Assembly: GCA_032718475.1 (NCBI GenBank)
Contig: JAUCBJ010006078.1
Location: forward strand, 1-64,000
Origin: Nemertoderma westbladi
Taxonomy: Eukaryota; Animalia; Xenacoelomorpha
Length of the DNA stretch: 64,000 nucleotides
Reading direction: 5' to 3'
Under the pieces are notes generated by a model. It was not told where the DNA came from. It saw only the letters and a program-made list of their open reading frames with translations, and did no database searches. A program made the position numbers and the translations under genes. Positions 37,909 through 50,091 of this stretch are shown piece by piece. Positions within the stretch are counted from its first letter, which is position 1. Each line of letters begins with the position of its first letter.

Positions 37909-40907
37909 AATCGGTGAAGACTTAATCTGTTTACCTTGTTTGATCGCTGTGAACTCTCGTGCGAATATCGCAATTGATAATGTCGAATGATATCAACTTC
38001 ACAGTGGCCAATTTCCTTTAAGGTAAGTCTTCTAGGAAAGTCGCGTTTGCCTCTGGCATATTGTCTCAATCGTTTGAGCCATGCTAACTTGCGGCACGCG
38101 TCAGTCCAGGATCTAGTTAGGTTCACTATCCTGTCAACGTAAGTGTTAGTGACGTCATCGGGTAAGGTGTAGTCGTAGTGTGGATACTTGTCTGGACTTG
38201 GTAGGCCCACGGGCCTTCCGGTAGGTTTGTCTGAGTCCCCAAGTACGTCAATCTCTACGGTCTTACCTTTACCGTCCGCACCTAATGTGTCGACTGGCAG
38301 TAACGGTTTCAACTCTACAGTGTCAGTGTGCTCCTGTGAGCCTGTAAGCTTCCTAACCTTAGTCACACGTTTACCTGTAGGTAAGTCAAGTACCTTCTTC
38401 GAGCGGAGTGTAATCCCTGTGGCCACACCTTTGTCGTCCAGAGAAGTCAAATTCGGTAAGTCTCTAAAGGTCCGCTCCAATGGGTCTTCTAATGGAGTGT
38501 CTAGTAGACAGTCCGGTGAAGCGTCTGGTGAACAGTCTGGCGAGACGTCTGGTGAGACATAGCGCGGAACATCCAGCGAAATGTCTTGTCGTTGGTCCCA
38601 AAGTCTGTCTAGCGTAACTTCCGTCAGAAAGTCTGGTTCAAAGTCTGGTCTAAAGTCTGGTGGACAGTCTGTCGAGATGTCTGGTGGAAAGTCTGGTGAG
38701 ACGTCCGGTAGACATTCTGTCGAGAGTTCTATCAAACAATCTGGCGAACAATCCGGAGAACAATCTGGTGTCGCTTCTGGTGAATAATCTGGCGAGTAAT
38801 CTGGTGAACAATCCGGCGAAACGTCTGGTGAAATCTCCCGCGGAACATCCGGCGAAGGATTCGTACAAGCGTCTGGTCGAGTGTCTGGCGAGACGTCTGG
38901 CGTAATGTCAGGTCTGGCGTCCAGGTCATCAGATTTCGTCCGTCCTTTTTTCCTCTTGACCTTGGCGTTGGCTTTCGCTTTAGACTTGACAACCTTGTCG
39001 AGTTTTATCTCGGCACCCTCTGGTATGGTGTTGGTCGTCGCGTCGAATAACGGTGGCCATTCGTCTGATGGTCGCTGTAGGAAATCGGGTCCTCTAAACC
39101 AAAAGGATTTATTGTCCGGTTTACAAAAGTCAAGTGGTTGCATCCCCCGTGACGCGATGTCACCTGGGTTCAGCTTCCCTGGACAGTGACGCCAATCTTG
39201 TTTGAGCGACCGGTCTAGTATTTCAGCCCGTCTGTTGGCTACGAAAGTCTTGAACTCAAATGCTTTGTTGTTTATGTACCAAAGTACCAACGTCGCATCC
39301 GTCCAATACGTGACCTTCAAGTTAGCCTCCAGCTCGCGTTGAACTAGACTGATAATATCGGTGGATATCGTCCCGGCTTGCAGCTCCCCGCGAGGTACAG
39401 TCATATACTTCAATGGCATTGTTCTAGCCCTTGAAGTAACGAGAGATACATCGTAGCTGTCCGATGTCACTTGTCGTCTAAGGTATAAAGTAACCCCCAA
39501 TCCATCCTTGCTAGCGTCACTAAAGCTGTGAAGCTCTAAATCGGCAGGAAAGGTGGTTTGCAAAGGAAAGTATACCCTTGGTATGGTATAGTCTTGTAGG
39601 AACGTCAGTTGGGCTTCCCAGTCCCTCCATCGCTCAGCTAACTTTGCTGGGATGGGATCGTCCCATTCCAGTCCGGCTTGCCAAATGCTGCGGAGTATGA
39701 TCCTAGCATGTAGGATCACTGGACTAATGAAACACAATGGGTCATACAATCGACTCATGGTCGATAAGCAAGTTCTCTTAGTGAGAGGTCTAGTCTGGTC
39801 GTTGGACCTTACACGTACCCTAAAATTGTCGGTGTTAGGGAGTATGATCCTAGCATGTAGGATCACTGGACTAATGAAACACAATGGGTCATACAATCGA
39901 CTCATGGTCGATAAGCAAGTTCTCTTAGTGAGAGGTCTAGTCTGGTCGTTGGACCTTACACGTACCCTAAAATTGTCGGTGTTAGGGTCCCAACTAAGTC
40001 CTAATACTTTGGTCGTCGGCAGAGGTTCTAGGTCTAAGTCCAAGTCACCTCCACTGCGATCCGTCGGGTCAAATGAGTTCACCAGTTCGGGTTCGTTGGA
40101 AGCGAACTTCGTCAGATGAAATCCGCCCTCAGCGAGACAATCCTGGAGTTGGTGTGCTACGGTAGTAGCGCGCTCCAAGGTGTCACAACTCTTGAGGCCG
40201 TCATCCACGTAGAAGTCTCGTTCCACGGTCCGAACTACTTCTGGGTCAAATTGGTCTCGTCTGTCCAATGCTGTCTGCTTCAATGCGTACATGGTGCAGT
40301 TGGGGCTGTCCCTGGCTCCAAATACTCTTACCTGCATTTGGTAAGTTTCTGGCGGAAGTTGTAAGTTTCCGTCCGGATACCAAAGAAACCTCAAACTGTC
40401 CCTGTCCCGCTCCAAAGCCTTAACCTGGTGAAACATGGCCTCTACGTCACAGGTGAAAGCCACTTTGCGTTGTCTAAAACGCATTAGGACTCCCATGAGG
40501 TAATTATTCATATTCGGCCCGTCCATCAGTTCGCTGTTCATAGACATCCCTTGGTAAAGCGCAGCGCAGTCGTTGACTACACGCACCTTGCCAGGTTTGT
40601 CCGGGTGTCGAACAAAATGATGTGGCAGGTAATATGTCTGGTCTGTGGTTACCTCGGGATTTAACATCCTAATGGCGTATCCCTTTTGGAGATACGTCTG
40701 AAGTTGTGCATTGTATTGCATATGGGCCGTCTCGTCTCGCAACAATCGCTGCCTTATTGATTTGAGTCGCCTCAAAGCAAGCGGGTAATTGTTAACGAGT
40801 TTAGGTTGTCCATCGCGCCACAACATACCAACCTCATAGTAGCCATTCGCGGTCTGGCGAATGGTATCTCTCATAATATTTAATGACCGTTTTTCCTGTT
40901 CTGACAT
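37905..40907 (-). pseudogene. BEL pol: reverse transcriptase and RNase H
   Basis: YYLPHH, DVEAMFHQV, FYVDDGLKS, LHSFSDAS, NPGDIASRG; 147-bp in-frame tandem duplication (39692-39988) and an SPDx repeat tract. Confidence 0.9.
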
Positions 40908-43900
40908 AGCGGTCTCGTAACTACCAGGTTCTGCTGAGTCCTGTTCCGTTCAGTCAGCAGTCGGTCAAGCGCTGCTTGCACTGCGCCATGGTCCTCGTCC
41001 ACGTCTTCGTCCGCTGCGGTGGCTAGTGTCAATGTGTCTGGTAGGCTCGCAAGCCTTCCGGTGTCACTAGTCGGCGTCGAATCGTCGTGCGGCGGTTTGA
41101 CAACCTTTTGATCTGTCGGTAGGCTCGCAAGCCTTCCAAGATCAACGACCGGTGTCGAAGCCTGGTGGGTGGGGTCAATGACCTTCGGATTTTTCGGTAG
41201 GCTCGCAAGCCTTCCAAAATCCTCGTTCATCGAGTCATCCATGGCAACAACCCTTAGGTCTTCAGTAGTCAATACAACCTGGTCTACTGCAAGTAGTTGT
41301 AAGTCAGAGGTCCGTATGGTCGTGTCCAGATCGGTTACGTCAGTATCGGTGGCGTCTGCATTAGCGACGCAGGTCTGTCGTAGTGCCGTCCGTACAATTG
41401 GACCACAGGAGTGTGAAGGAGAATTATCTATCGTGTTAGTCAATAAACTACACGTACTCAAAACGTCGTCCTCCTGGTCACTTACCTCTAGTGAACGTAT
41501 TGGTGCTCTAGTATACCAACCTATGGGAGTTCTACATGCGTAGGGGTTGCCCGCTGTAATAACAGATGGGCGTGTCTCCCATACCTGATGTAAGTTAAAC
41601 TGGTCTGTCCCAATTAACATCGCAATAGAACGATAATTGACAGGACATTCCGGTATTCCAAGGTGTCGGAAATACTTACGATCTTCCGGTGATTGCTCTG
41701 GCACAGGGCCGAGCAAGTTACTAAAGTCCTTCGTAGCTGCAAAGGTCAAATTTCTTACTGGAAGTAATGAGCGCTCCACCTTGCTGTGTTCTGCTTTGGA
41801 AAGAAGAGTGTCTAAAGTTAATTTTACTCTCGTCACAGGAATCGCTCTCTTACCATGCATGCTGCTTACAGTATACTGAGCAGTCTTACCTTGACTCATG
41901 TCCGTAACTACGTCGGCTACTTGTTCGTCGACATAGCTATGCGATGACGCAGAGTCTAAGATGGCGTATATACGCTTGCTCCCTCGGGTTCCGGTAATCT
42001 TTATAGGAATCACGCTAAACCCTTTCAATTGGTTCTGTGTGAGGAGCGTTATCGAAGGCTGTTCCTCACCTGCATGCACGTAAAAAGTGTCGTCTTCCTC
42101 CTCGTCCTCGTCCGATGATCCTGACTGATCCATACAGTCGGTATAAAAGGTACGGATCTCGCGCGGCGCACGCTCCTTATAAAGCGCGTCGCATCTAGCC
42201 GCTTTATCTGGATGCTCTCGTCGAAAGCGTCTGGTCGGAGTATGACTAGTTGTGTGAAGCAACGCGTCATGGTTACGTCCACACAGAGAACATGTATCGT
42301 CGCTCGGGCAATCCTTCCGGACGTGTCCTGGCTTCATACATCTCCAACAGGAATCTAGAGATCGGATTTGGAGTCTCCTCTCCTCGATCCCTAACTCTTT
42401 AAAAGCGCGACATCCACGTAGTTTATGTCCGCTATGGTTTCTGCCGTTCCGCTCGCAGTATGAGCATCCCACAAAGTCCGCCGGCAACTGTTGTCGTGGC
42501 TGCGTGGTGCCGATAGGCGTCAGAACTTTAGAAGTCTCAGTAGGGGTGGCGTAAGTAACGGCTTTCGCGTTCGTCGGAAATGGTTTTGTCCGAGTCGGCG
42601 CAGAAACAGCTATCCCTTCCGCCGCGATATGGTGATCGGTATAGTTCGATAGAGTCTCGATCACGGCCTCCCGTGAAATAAGTTGATAGACATCGGTGAG
42701 TTTTAATAACCCTCCGGCCTCTTCACGCTGGTACTCGATGCGTCGCCATTCTCGTCGTAGTCGATGGTGAAGTCGACCGATTATTCGAATGAGAACCGTC
42801 GGTGCGTTAGCGTACTCGAGTTGTCCAATGGACCGTAAAGTCCCTATAGCGTTCTTTATTTCGTCCGCGAGTCGTAAAAGGTCGATCGGTCTCGAAATGT
42901 TGCCTCCTCTGCAGAGGTCTTCAATGATGGATTTAGCCATGGCGACGTTACCGCCGTAAATCGAATACAAACGGTCGTACGCCAATTCAAAGGCATCGGG
43001 AACTCCAATGAATGTTTCTGCTAATCGTTTCAGCTCACCAGACAGAACTTGGAGCAAGTAATTAAACTTCTCCGTCGAGGTGAAAGCACACTTAGCGATC
43101 TAGGACTCTACGTAGTCTACCAGTGTGCGCCAGTGTTTCGCGTTGCCAGAGAACTTCGGCGGTTGCTGTGCCGGTAATCCGTGTCTAGCCGCGAATTTCG
43201 CAATCTCGCTAACCAAATCCAACTGTCCGCGTCCTTGTTCGGTGGCGTCGTCCAGTCGCTCCCTTCCGTGCGTTGTTCGTCGGTAGGAATTATTAACGGG
43301 ATCTTCTTCTCGATGTGTCGGAGTCCGTCTAGTCTCCTGTTCTCTCCTCGGTGGTCGATGTTGTCTAGGTTGTTCCAACTCCACGCTGGTTCGTGATCGA
43401 TCCGACGGTTGCGCTTCGAGTCGCTCTTCTATCTGAGCTAGTCGGTCCGCTACAGGTCGCATTATTTCGGCGAGTCTGTTGGTGCTGATCGCTTCCGCTG
43501 GTTGCAACGTGGGTTTCTGTTGGGGTGTTTCTCGAGGTGGATTGTCGATGTAGGGATTCGTCGACCTCTCCTCTCGTTTGTAATCTTCCGCCGCTCCAGT
43601 ACGGAATATTTCCCGTTCCGTCGACTCCGAGTCGCTAGATGAGTCGCTGTCGTCCGGATAAGGTGGCTGGCGGGTTCGTGTCCGGCGTATTATTCTAGAT
43701 TTCGTCCGTTGCGGTCCGGAATCTACGGCTCTCCGTTGTTCGGTAGGCTCGCAAGCCTTCCACGAAGTCGTAGGTCTCGCTATACGTTGTCCGATCCCGT
43801 GGGTACTACCCACATCCATCCTCCTCCGTAATTCGGTAGGCTCGCAAGCCTTCCACGAAGTCGTAGGTTGCGTCGAACATTGTGTCAACGGTCGAGTGAA

Positions 43901-45688
43901 ATAGTCGGGTTTCGTAGTCGGTCTATAAATAACTGGATTTGCACAGCACGTCACAGGTTTAACTTGTAATGGTTTACTCACCTGTTTAATGGTCATAAAC
44001 GCAGGTTCCTCTCTTCCTACAAGTAGACTACGACTTACTGTAGGTGGACTAGTTACGTTACCTGCTAAAATCGGCGATGAAGTCGCCCTAGGTTACGGTA
44101 TTTCTGTCACAACAAACCTGTTGCCTTGCGTCGGATGCACAGGCGTTATTCCCTTAGGTTTCGTAACGAAGACCGGTTTTATCGGATTCGTGGGTTTGAG
44201 CATAGGAATAACTTGGGGAAAACGTTTACAGTAATCCTCGACGAACTCCTCTCCTCGATCTATCGCTCCCACACTTCCTTCCTCGATCCGCTTCTGTATG
44301 CCGCGATATCGAGCTTCCATACGATCCAGGGCAGACAAGTCGTGTCCAGTCCGCGATCTTATAGATCTATCTCTCGCGTCGAGTTCGAGGTCCGCTTGCG
44401 CGTTCGCTGTCTCGCGCGATCTACGATTCAATTCGAACTGTAGTTGCATCTCCCTTTCGCGTCGATTCGCTACTTGTTGTTGTGCCGCTAACTCCGCTTC
44501 CTGTATAGCTAAGCGTGCGTTTATTTGTCGTGCCTCCAACTTAGCGCGAGCATCGGACGCTGCCTTCTTCCGTGCTAACTCAGCTGCGTTTACCGCCGCA
44601 ACTCGTACTAGCTCGTCGGCTGCCGTCTGTCGTGCTAACTCGTCCGCTGCTGCTGCCGCGGCCGCTTCTTGCGCCAAGTTTTCCTCCAATCTGCGCATTT
44701 CCGAAGCTTCGAATTCGGCTTGCGCCTTGAGTTGCGCAATTCTTGCTTCGTCCTCTCTATGTTGTTTCTCTCCTTCGATGGCGATCTGTGCCATCTGGTG
44801 TTGCGCTTCTTCCTCGGCGACTTGTTGTCGGCGTGCAACCTCCTGTTGTTGTCGAGTAATTCCAGACGCTGTTCTACTAACGTCGCCAACGTCGCCAACG
44901 TCGCTCCGTACGCTAACGAACGATCTATCCAGTGGTGGATGTTGGTAGGCTCGCGAGCCTTCCGTAGTGAGAACTTCCGTCGTCCCTCGCGGTTCGACTT
45001 CCGGTTCGTCGATCGGTACGCCGCATCTACGAAGAAAATTGGTCAGCGTTTCCAACCTTCCGTCCAGGCAGTAGAGTTCTTCTTCCTCTTCGGGTTGTAA
45101 CAACGCGTCCGAAACTGACTCACCTAGCAGTTGGTCAAACTGCTCCTGTTGAGCCAATCTTATTACTGACTTAAACTGGATAATGCTTTCTCTCGCACTT
45201 ACTAATTTATCTACTATCTTTACCTGAGTAAAGTTGTCGCCACGCAACTCCGCAAGTTCGTGTAAACCTTTAAGTTTATCTACGGAGGCATGTACCCTAC
45301 TTTCTATCCTTACCTGTAAGGTGTAGAACTCGTATCTCAACATCGGGGCAGTTAACTCGCGTAAAACGCGAAAACCTTCTCCGAGGTTCCGAGTAATCTG
45401 GGCCATGGGTCCTCCTATACTTCTAATAACGTTCTCCTGGCTTCCAGTCGAACTTACCATGTCCGGTTCCCGTGATCTAGTCTGCGGGACGGTAAGGAAA
45501 TCTTCGATTCTGCCGTCGCCACGCGTTGCGGCTTCCGGTATTTCCGTTCGGGGTACCGGCGACGCAAGCGGTGTGACATCGATGGAATCTCGGGTTCTCC
45601 TTCTCGGTTCGTCTACTGTCGATCTGTCCGGGTCGAACGAGTCATAGTCGGTAGGTGGGTATCTCGTTGAACGGGGTGTGTCACTCAT
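40880..45688 (-). pseudogene. BEL gag-protease in a single frame with two in-frame stops
   Basis: ORFs 44093-45688, 43100-43996 and 40880-43057 share a frame, separated only by TAA (44093) and TAG (43100); PKFSG..W capsid-like region, three Zn knuckles, ILDSAS protease motif. Confidence 0.88.
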
Positions 45689-46748
45689 GTCTTATTATAT
45701 ACGTCAAGTACGGGTAATAAAATGTCAAAGTGTCTGAATGTTGAAGTGTCAAACTTACCTTGGTATATATAGTATATATATACCCTAACCGGTACAAATA
45801 AATCAACAAGTCAGAATGTCGAAATGTCAAAATGTCGAAATGTACAAATGTCAAACTTACCTTGTTATATATATATCATATATATACCCTAACCAGTACA
45901 AATAAACTAACAAGGTATATAATAAAATAAGTAGTAATCTAGCCTACCGGCTAAATTTGTACGAATAAATGAGATAACGATATACGTTAACAAAATATAG
46001 ATCAACAAGTACGAATAATAGGCTAAACAGCAACGTCTAACGGGAAAATAAGTACCAACAACACTACTAATAGACAGTGAAACCCACAAATTTTGAGTAC
46101 TACTGTGCTTTCTTAAGTTTGAACGACGCGAGTCATAAAACTTACGTTCCTTTGATCTTCCAGTCGTACAAATTCCCAAATACAAACCGGACGTGGGTCT
46201 TTCCATTTTTCGGCGGCGCGGACGAATTTATTGTCTCCCAAACTTTGCGAAAAGCGGTCTAATCCTCGAAGCGGTCCAGAAATGAGTCCTTGAGTCCTGA
46301 AAAGGTCGAAGGTGAGAGTTTTACTTCTACGCTTACGAAAAATCTTCCTAGGTACCGATACAAATTGGTCTTTAAACCCTATGTACCTTTTCAAGTACCG
46401 AAAAGTAACACCGCACACACACGGCGTAAAACAAAGTGCTACAAACTAACTGTTAGCTAGTCAAATATTAAATACGAAAGTACTAGCTACCCTAAAAGCC
46501 TACTGAAGCAGGGGACGTTCTAAATTACTAAATTTACTAACCTTAAATTTTAAATATCTCCTACTTTCAAATAGCTAGCAGATCTAAACAATACTATACA
46601 CTAATTTCAGAATTTGTATAATATACTTCCTACTGTTGTCAGATTGTAGTGCGCACGCACTACAAAGCGTACAGATCTAAACAATACTATACACTACGGT
46701 AGAAATACTATACACTAATTTCAGAATTTGTATAATAATACTTCCTAC

Positions 46749-48563
46749 TGTAAGGGTCCAGTAGTATACCGCTTACCAGATCCTAGTAACGATGTATCTT
46801 ACTATGAGACTCTAGTAATGTATACGGGCTTGTACAGTATCTGACAACAAATCCCAGTCCAGGATATCTAAACAAACAGATACAATACACAAACGACTAC
46901 TGGCGAGGAACAGAGCCTAGTATCTATTCTATGTACGTGAGCGGGTTTAATGCCTACGTACTAGACAAAAGGATACCTGTCCTCTAACCGGTGAGGCAGA
47001 TGTACAGTTACAGTAACAGACCAAACTCACGGGAAAACAATCCCCGCGCAGCGAATCCTAACTATCACTGACAGTCCTAAATACAGTAACTTGCCGCGGT
47101 GTGATTTATATGGTTTATATACGAGCTAGGTGGTTAACAGACCTAGTGTAACAATGCTGATTACCCCTGTCTAAATCAGCCTAAAAGGTCGTGCCTAAAT
47201 GTAACGATAACTGATCCCCCTGTACGAAATCAGTCTAAAGGGTCAGGCCTAAATGTAACAATACTGCTGGACAGAAATCAACAGTTTAATAACGAAAATG
47301 AAATACTCTATCTTGCCGCAACTAAATCAGATCCTAATTTTACAAATACAGATAATTTCTACCTAAAATAATGTACAGTGCGCTATAGCTAGTAGAACTT
47401 TAAAGGGCAATATGTTTTAGGGCGTGTGTGTGTGGGTGTGTTACAAATAAAACAATTTCGTGTAATTCCTTTACTAGGTTTTAGTGATTTTCTGACTAAA
47501 TGATACCGTGCGCTAGCTACTAAAATAAACTAGTCGCGTTTGTAGAACTTTATACTCACAAATGACGTCAAAGCTCTCTCCTTCCTATCCACAACCCAAT
47601 GGGCAACCACAGTGTTAGTAACTACACCCGTGATCGGCACTAATACCAGATTCTGGTTGTAAGATAAGGAATAGGGGTTAATTGCTACCGTACGTTAGCT
47701 GATCTGGTATACTAATTTAATTCTAGAACTTTGTTGCTGCGGTAGTTAGCAGCAATACCTATCAGTACGTGGCAAGGCGCGGTAGGATATTAATAAACCT
47801 CCCTAGGCCAAGCAGTGTGCCGGTAGCAGAAATACTCCTTGCCTGATCAAATAGCTAACTCCAGACAGGGGGGGGGGGGGGGGGGTACTAATGTACGTTC
47901 TACAAAGCGAACCGGTACCAAACAGTCAGTGCTACGAATCACTAAATTATGCTGTCCGTACCTAATATGTACTCGCGTACTGACGAATGGCAATAGTTCG
48001 CACCTGTAGGAAGTACAGGTTAACCCAGGGGTTCGTAGGACTGACAAAGGGGGGGGGGGGGGTGTTTCTGTCTGAATATAATTATTTGATCCTAAATTTG
48101 CGGCGTCCAGTACGGCGTCACGCTTACCCTGATCTATGGGTCTTACGGCGGGCAAGGGCGTCGAACAAAGTCTTACCTTCTCACAAAGCGGGCGCTGCAT
48201 AGCAAGTGGAGTATTTCGAAGGGCAAAGGGGGTGCGCGGTCAATCCAAATGTGGGCGCTAGTGTGTTGTGGACATCTCTTCCCTGCGTTGCTTACCGCCT
48301 AACGGTCTAGGCTGCCATCTCCCTGATGTTTGGCTGTCCCAAAGTTGGACCAAAAGAAAACATGTTCAGGAATTTGCAGTATATTTACAGTTTTTACAAA
48401 GGATTTATCAAAATAAAGTTTCAACAAGAAACCGAAATAACTAATAACAATTTAGAATAACGTTATAAGGAGAATTTTACAAAGTGGTAAGAAGTCGTAG
48501 AAGGTGATAACCGAAGGCAAACCGGCCTTTTATACTAAATATCGCACATGGAAACTAAACAGA
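46749..48563 (-). repeat. 5' LTR of the family 1 element (outer end anomalous)
   Basis: Direct repeat of 31489-33276. Confidence 0.85.
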
Positions 48564-48819
48564 ATTTTCCACAGCTTCACATTTGAGCAATAAAGTGCTT
48601 CGTGCCCTATGATTGGCCCAGCTCATCGTTCAACGCAGTCCGGCCCTTACACTAATCTGGGACATGGAATCCTAACAGAATTTTCCACTGCCTCACATTT
48701 GAGCAATAAGATAATTTATGCCCTATGATTGGCCTGGCTCATCATTCGCTACGTTGTACGCTTCTCATTGGCCTACCAATTAGCACCAAACGAAAATAAA
48801 TGGTCCCAAAATACAATTT

Positions 48820-48888
48820 TCCCGACCGGGATTCGAACTCGTAACCTATGTAATGTAACCAACGCCTTAACCATCTGACCACTACGCC
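48820..48888 (-). other. tRNA-derived (SINE-head-like) sequence
   Basis: A box TGGTCAGATGG and B box GTTCGAATCC at tRNA-like spacing; no intact acceptor stem. Confidence 0.65.
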
Positions 48889-49844
48889 ACGAGAGTACCT
48901 AAGGGTTTTATGTGTACAAATATGAATAGGCATATTACATTACTGTAACTCAATCAAAATACGTCGGATTTTCGAAAGTTTTTACGTTAAAGTTAAACTA
49001 CAAATGCTATCTTATAGTGAAATAATTCATCAACTATCTTACTTCTTATTTTATTATTTGCTTATTATATTTTATTATTATTTCTTATTACATTATATTA
49101 TATTCTTATTAGATTTGCCCTTATTTATTTTTTATATTTTTATGTGTGGGAAGGGCATCTCGCCCTCATTCCTACCCCACTTAGTCCAACATATTGGATG
49201 ACTAAACTCTAAGGTGACCCTTCCAATAGGCAACACTTTCCCACAGCCCTCCTGTAGGTCTTCCTATCTTTGGCCCTTATCTTCCCTCCTATCCAAGTCC
49301 GTCATGCTTCCGTCCGGGAAATACACGCATGGCATGCTGTACGTCCCCATCTCCTTTAGACTCCGCGTCCACTTGCTCCACTGTCAACTTATTTCTTCCG
49401 GGACTTCCGTATCCCACTCAACCTTTAACTTATATACTTTCTTTAGTATTTGCTTCCCCGTGACTAACAATGGGGATGCTAGGGCTAGGGGATCGTATAT
49501 CCTTGCTATGTACGATACATAGCCCCGCTTAGTGTGGATCTCTGCACCCTCTTGGCTCAGTTGATACTCCAACTCGTCCATCTCCCAGTTCCACACGATC
49601 CCTAGTGCCTTTTGCTGCGACTCCACTCTCTTGTTCTCCATAACCTGTCCCTTTCTTGTTGTGGGATTGTCCATGGTCGACTCTGGTCGTTTGTCTTCTA
49701 TGGCCTTCATAAATTCCTCAGAGCTGGACTGGAACTTAGTAAGGTTGAACCCGGATCCTTTTAGGATGTCACGAACCTCGCGTCCTATCTCCAGTATCTC
49801 TTCAACCGTGTTTCCAGATCCCATCCCATCATCTACCTCCGCTA

Positions 49845-50091
49845 TGCAGGACATTGCTTTCGCCGTGAGGACCAGCCAGTGCATAATCTTGTACTTTGGC
49901 AGCCTCATGGAGTGAATAAGCATGGTGGACAGCCCATGACTTTCTTGAGACGCATCTTAAAAGACACTGGCCTTAAAGATGCGGATGATCTAGCAAATGT
50001 CATGGGTGATAGGGAGTTGTGGCGGTGCAATTTTGTTGACAAGCCGGCACAGCATTCTTAAAAATGCAGCTGCAATGCAGCATGCATGCTA
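49845..50091 (+). mobile_element. RTE LINE 3' fragment, copy 3, inserted next to the YVDD motif of family-2 RT
   Basis: Closely matches 8905-9142 in reverse; gcta flanking duplication. Confidence 0.8.

Larger units (their letters stand above)
31489..49032 (-). mobile_element. BEL/Pao family 1 LTR retrotransposon with two extra ORFs (right boundary uncertain)
   Basis: Near-identical ~1.8 kb direct repeats; gag-PR-RT-RH-IN order; TG...CA ends with 5-bp duplication ACTAT (31484-31488 / 49033-49037), after which the host family-2 sequence resumes. Confidence 0.85.

Noticed and set aside
44126-45647. Antisense ORFs overlapping gag (and similar ones over pol)
   Set aside because: Shadow frames of a GC-richer coding strand
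48820-48888. Functional tRNA gene
   Set aside because: A and B boxes are present but acceptor and anticodon stems do not pair convincingly; treated as tRNA-derived
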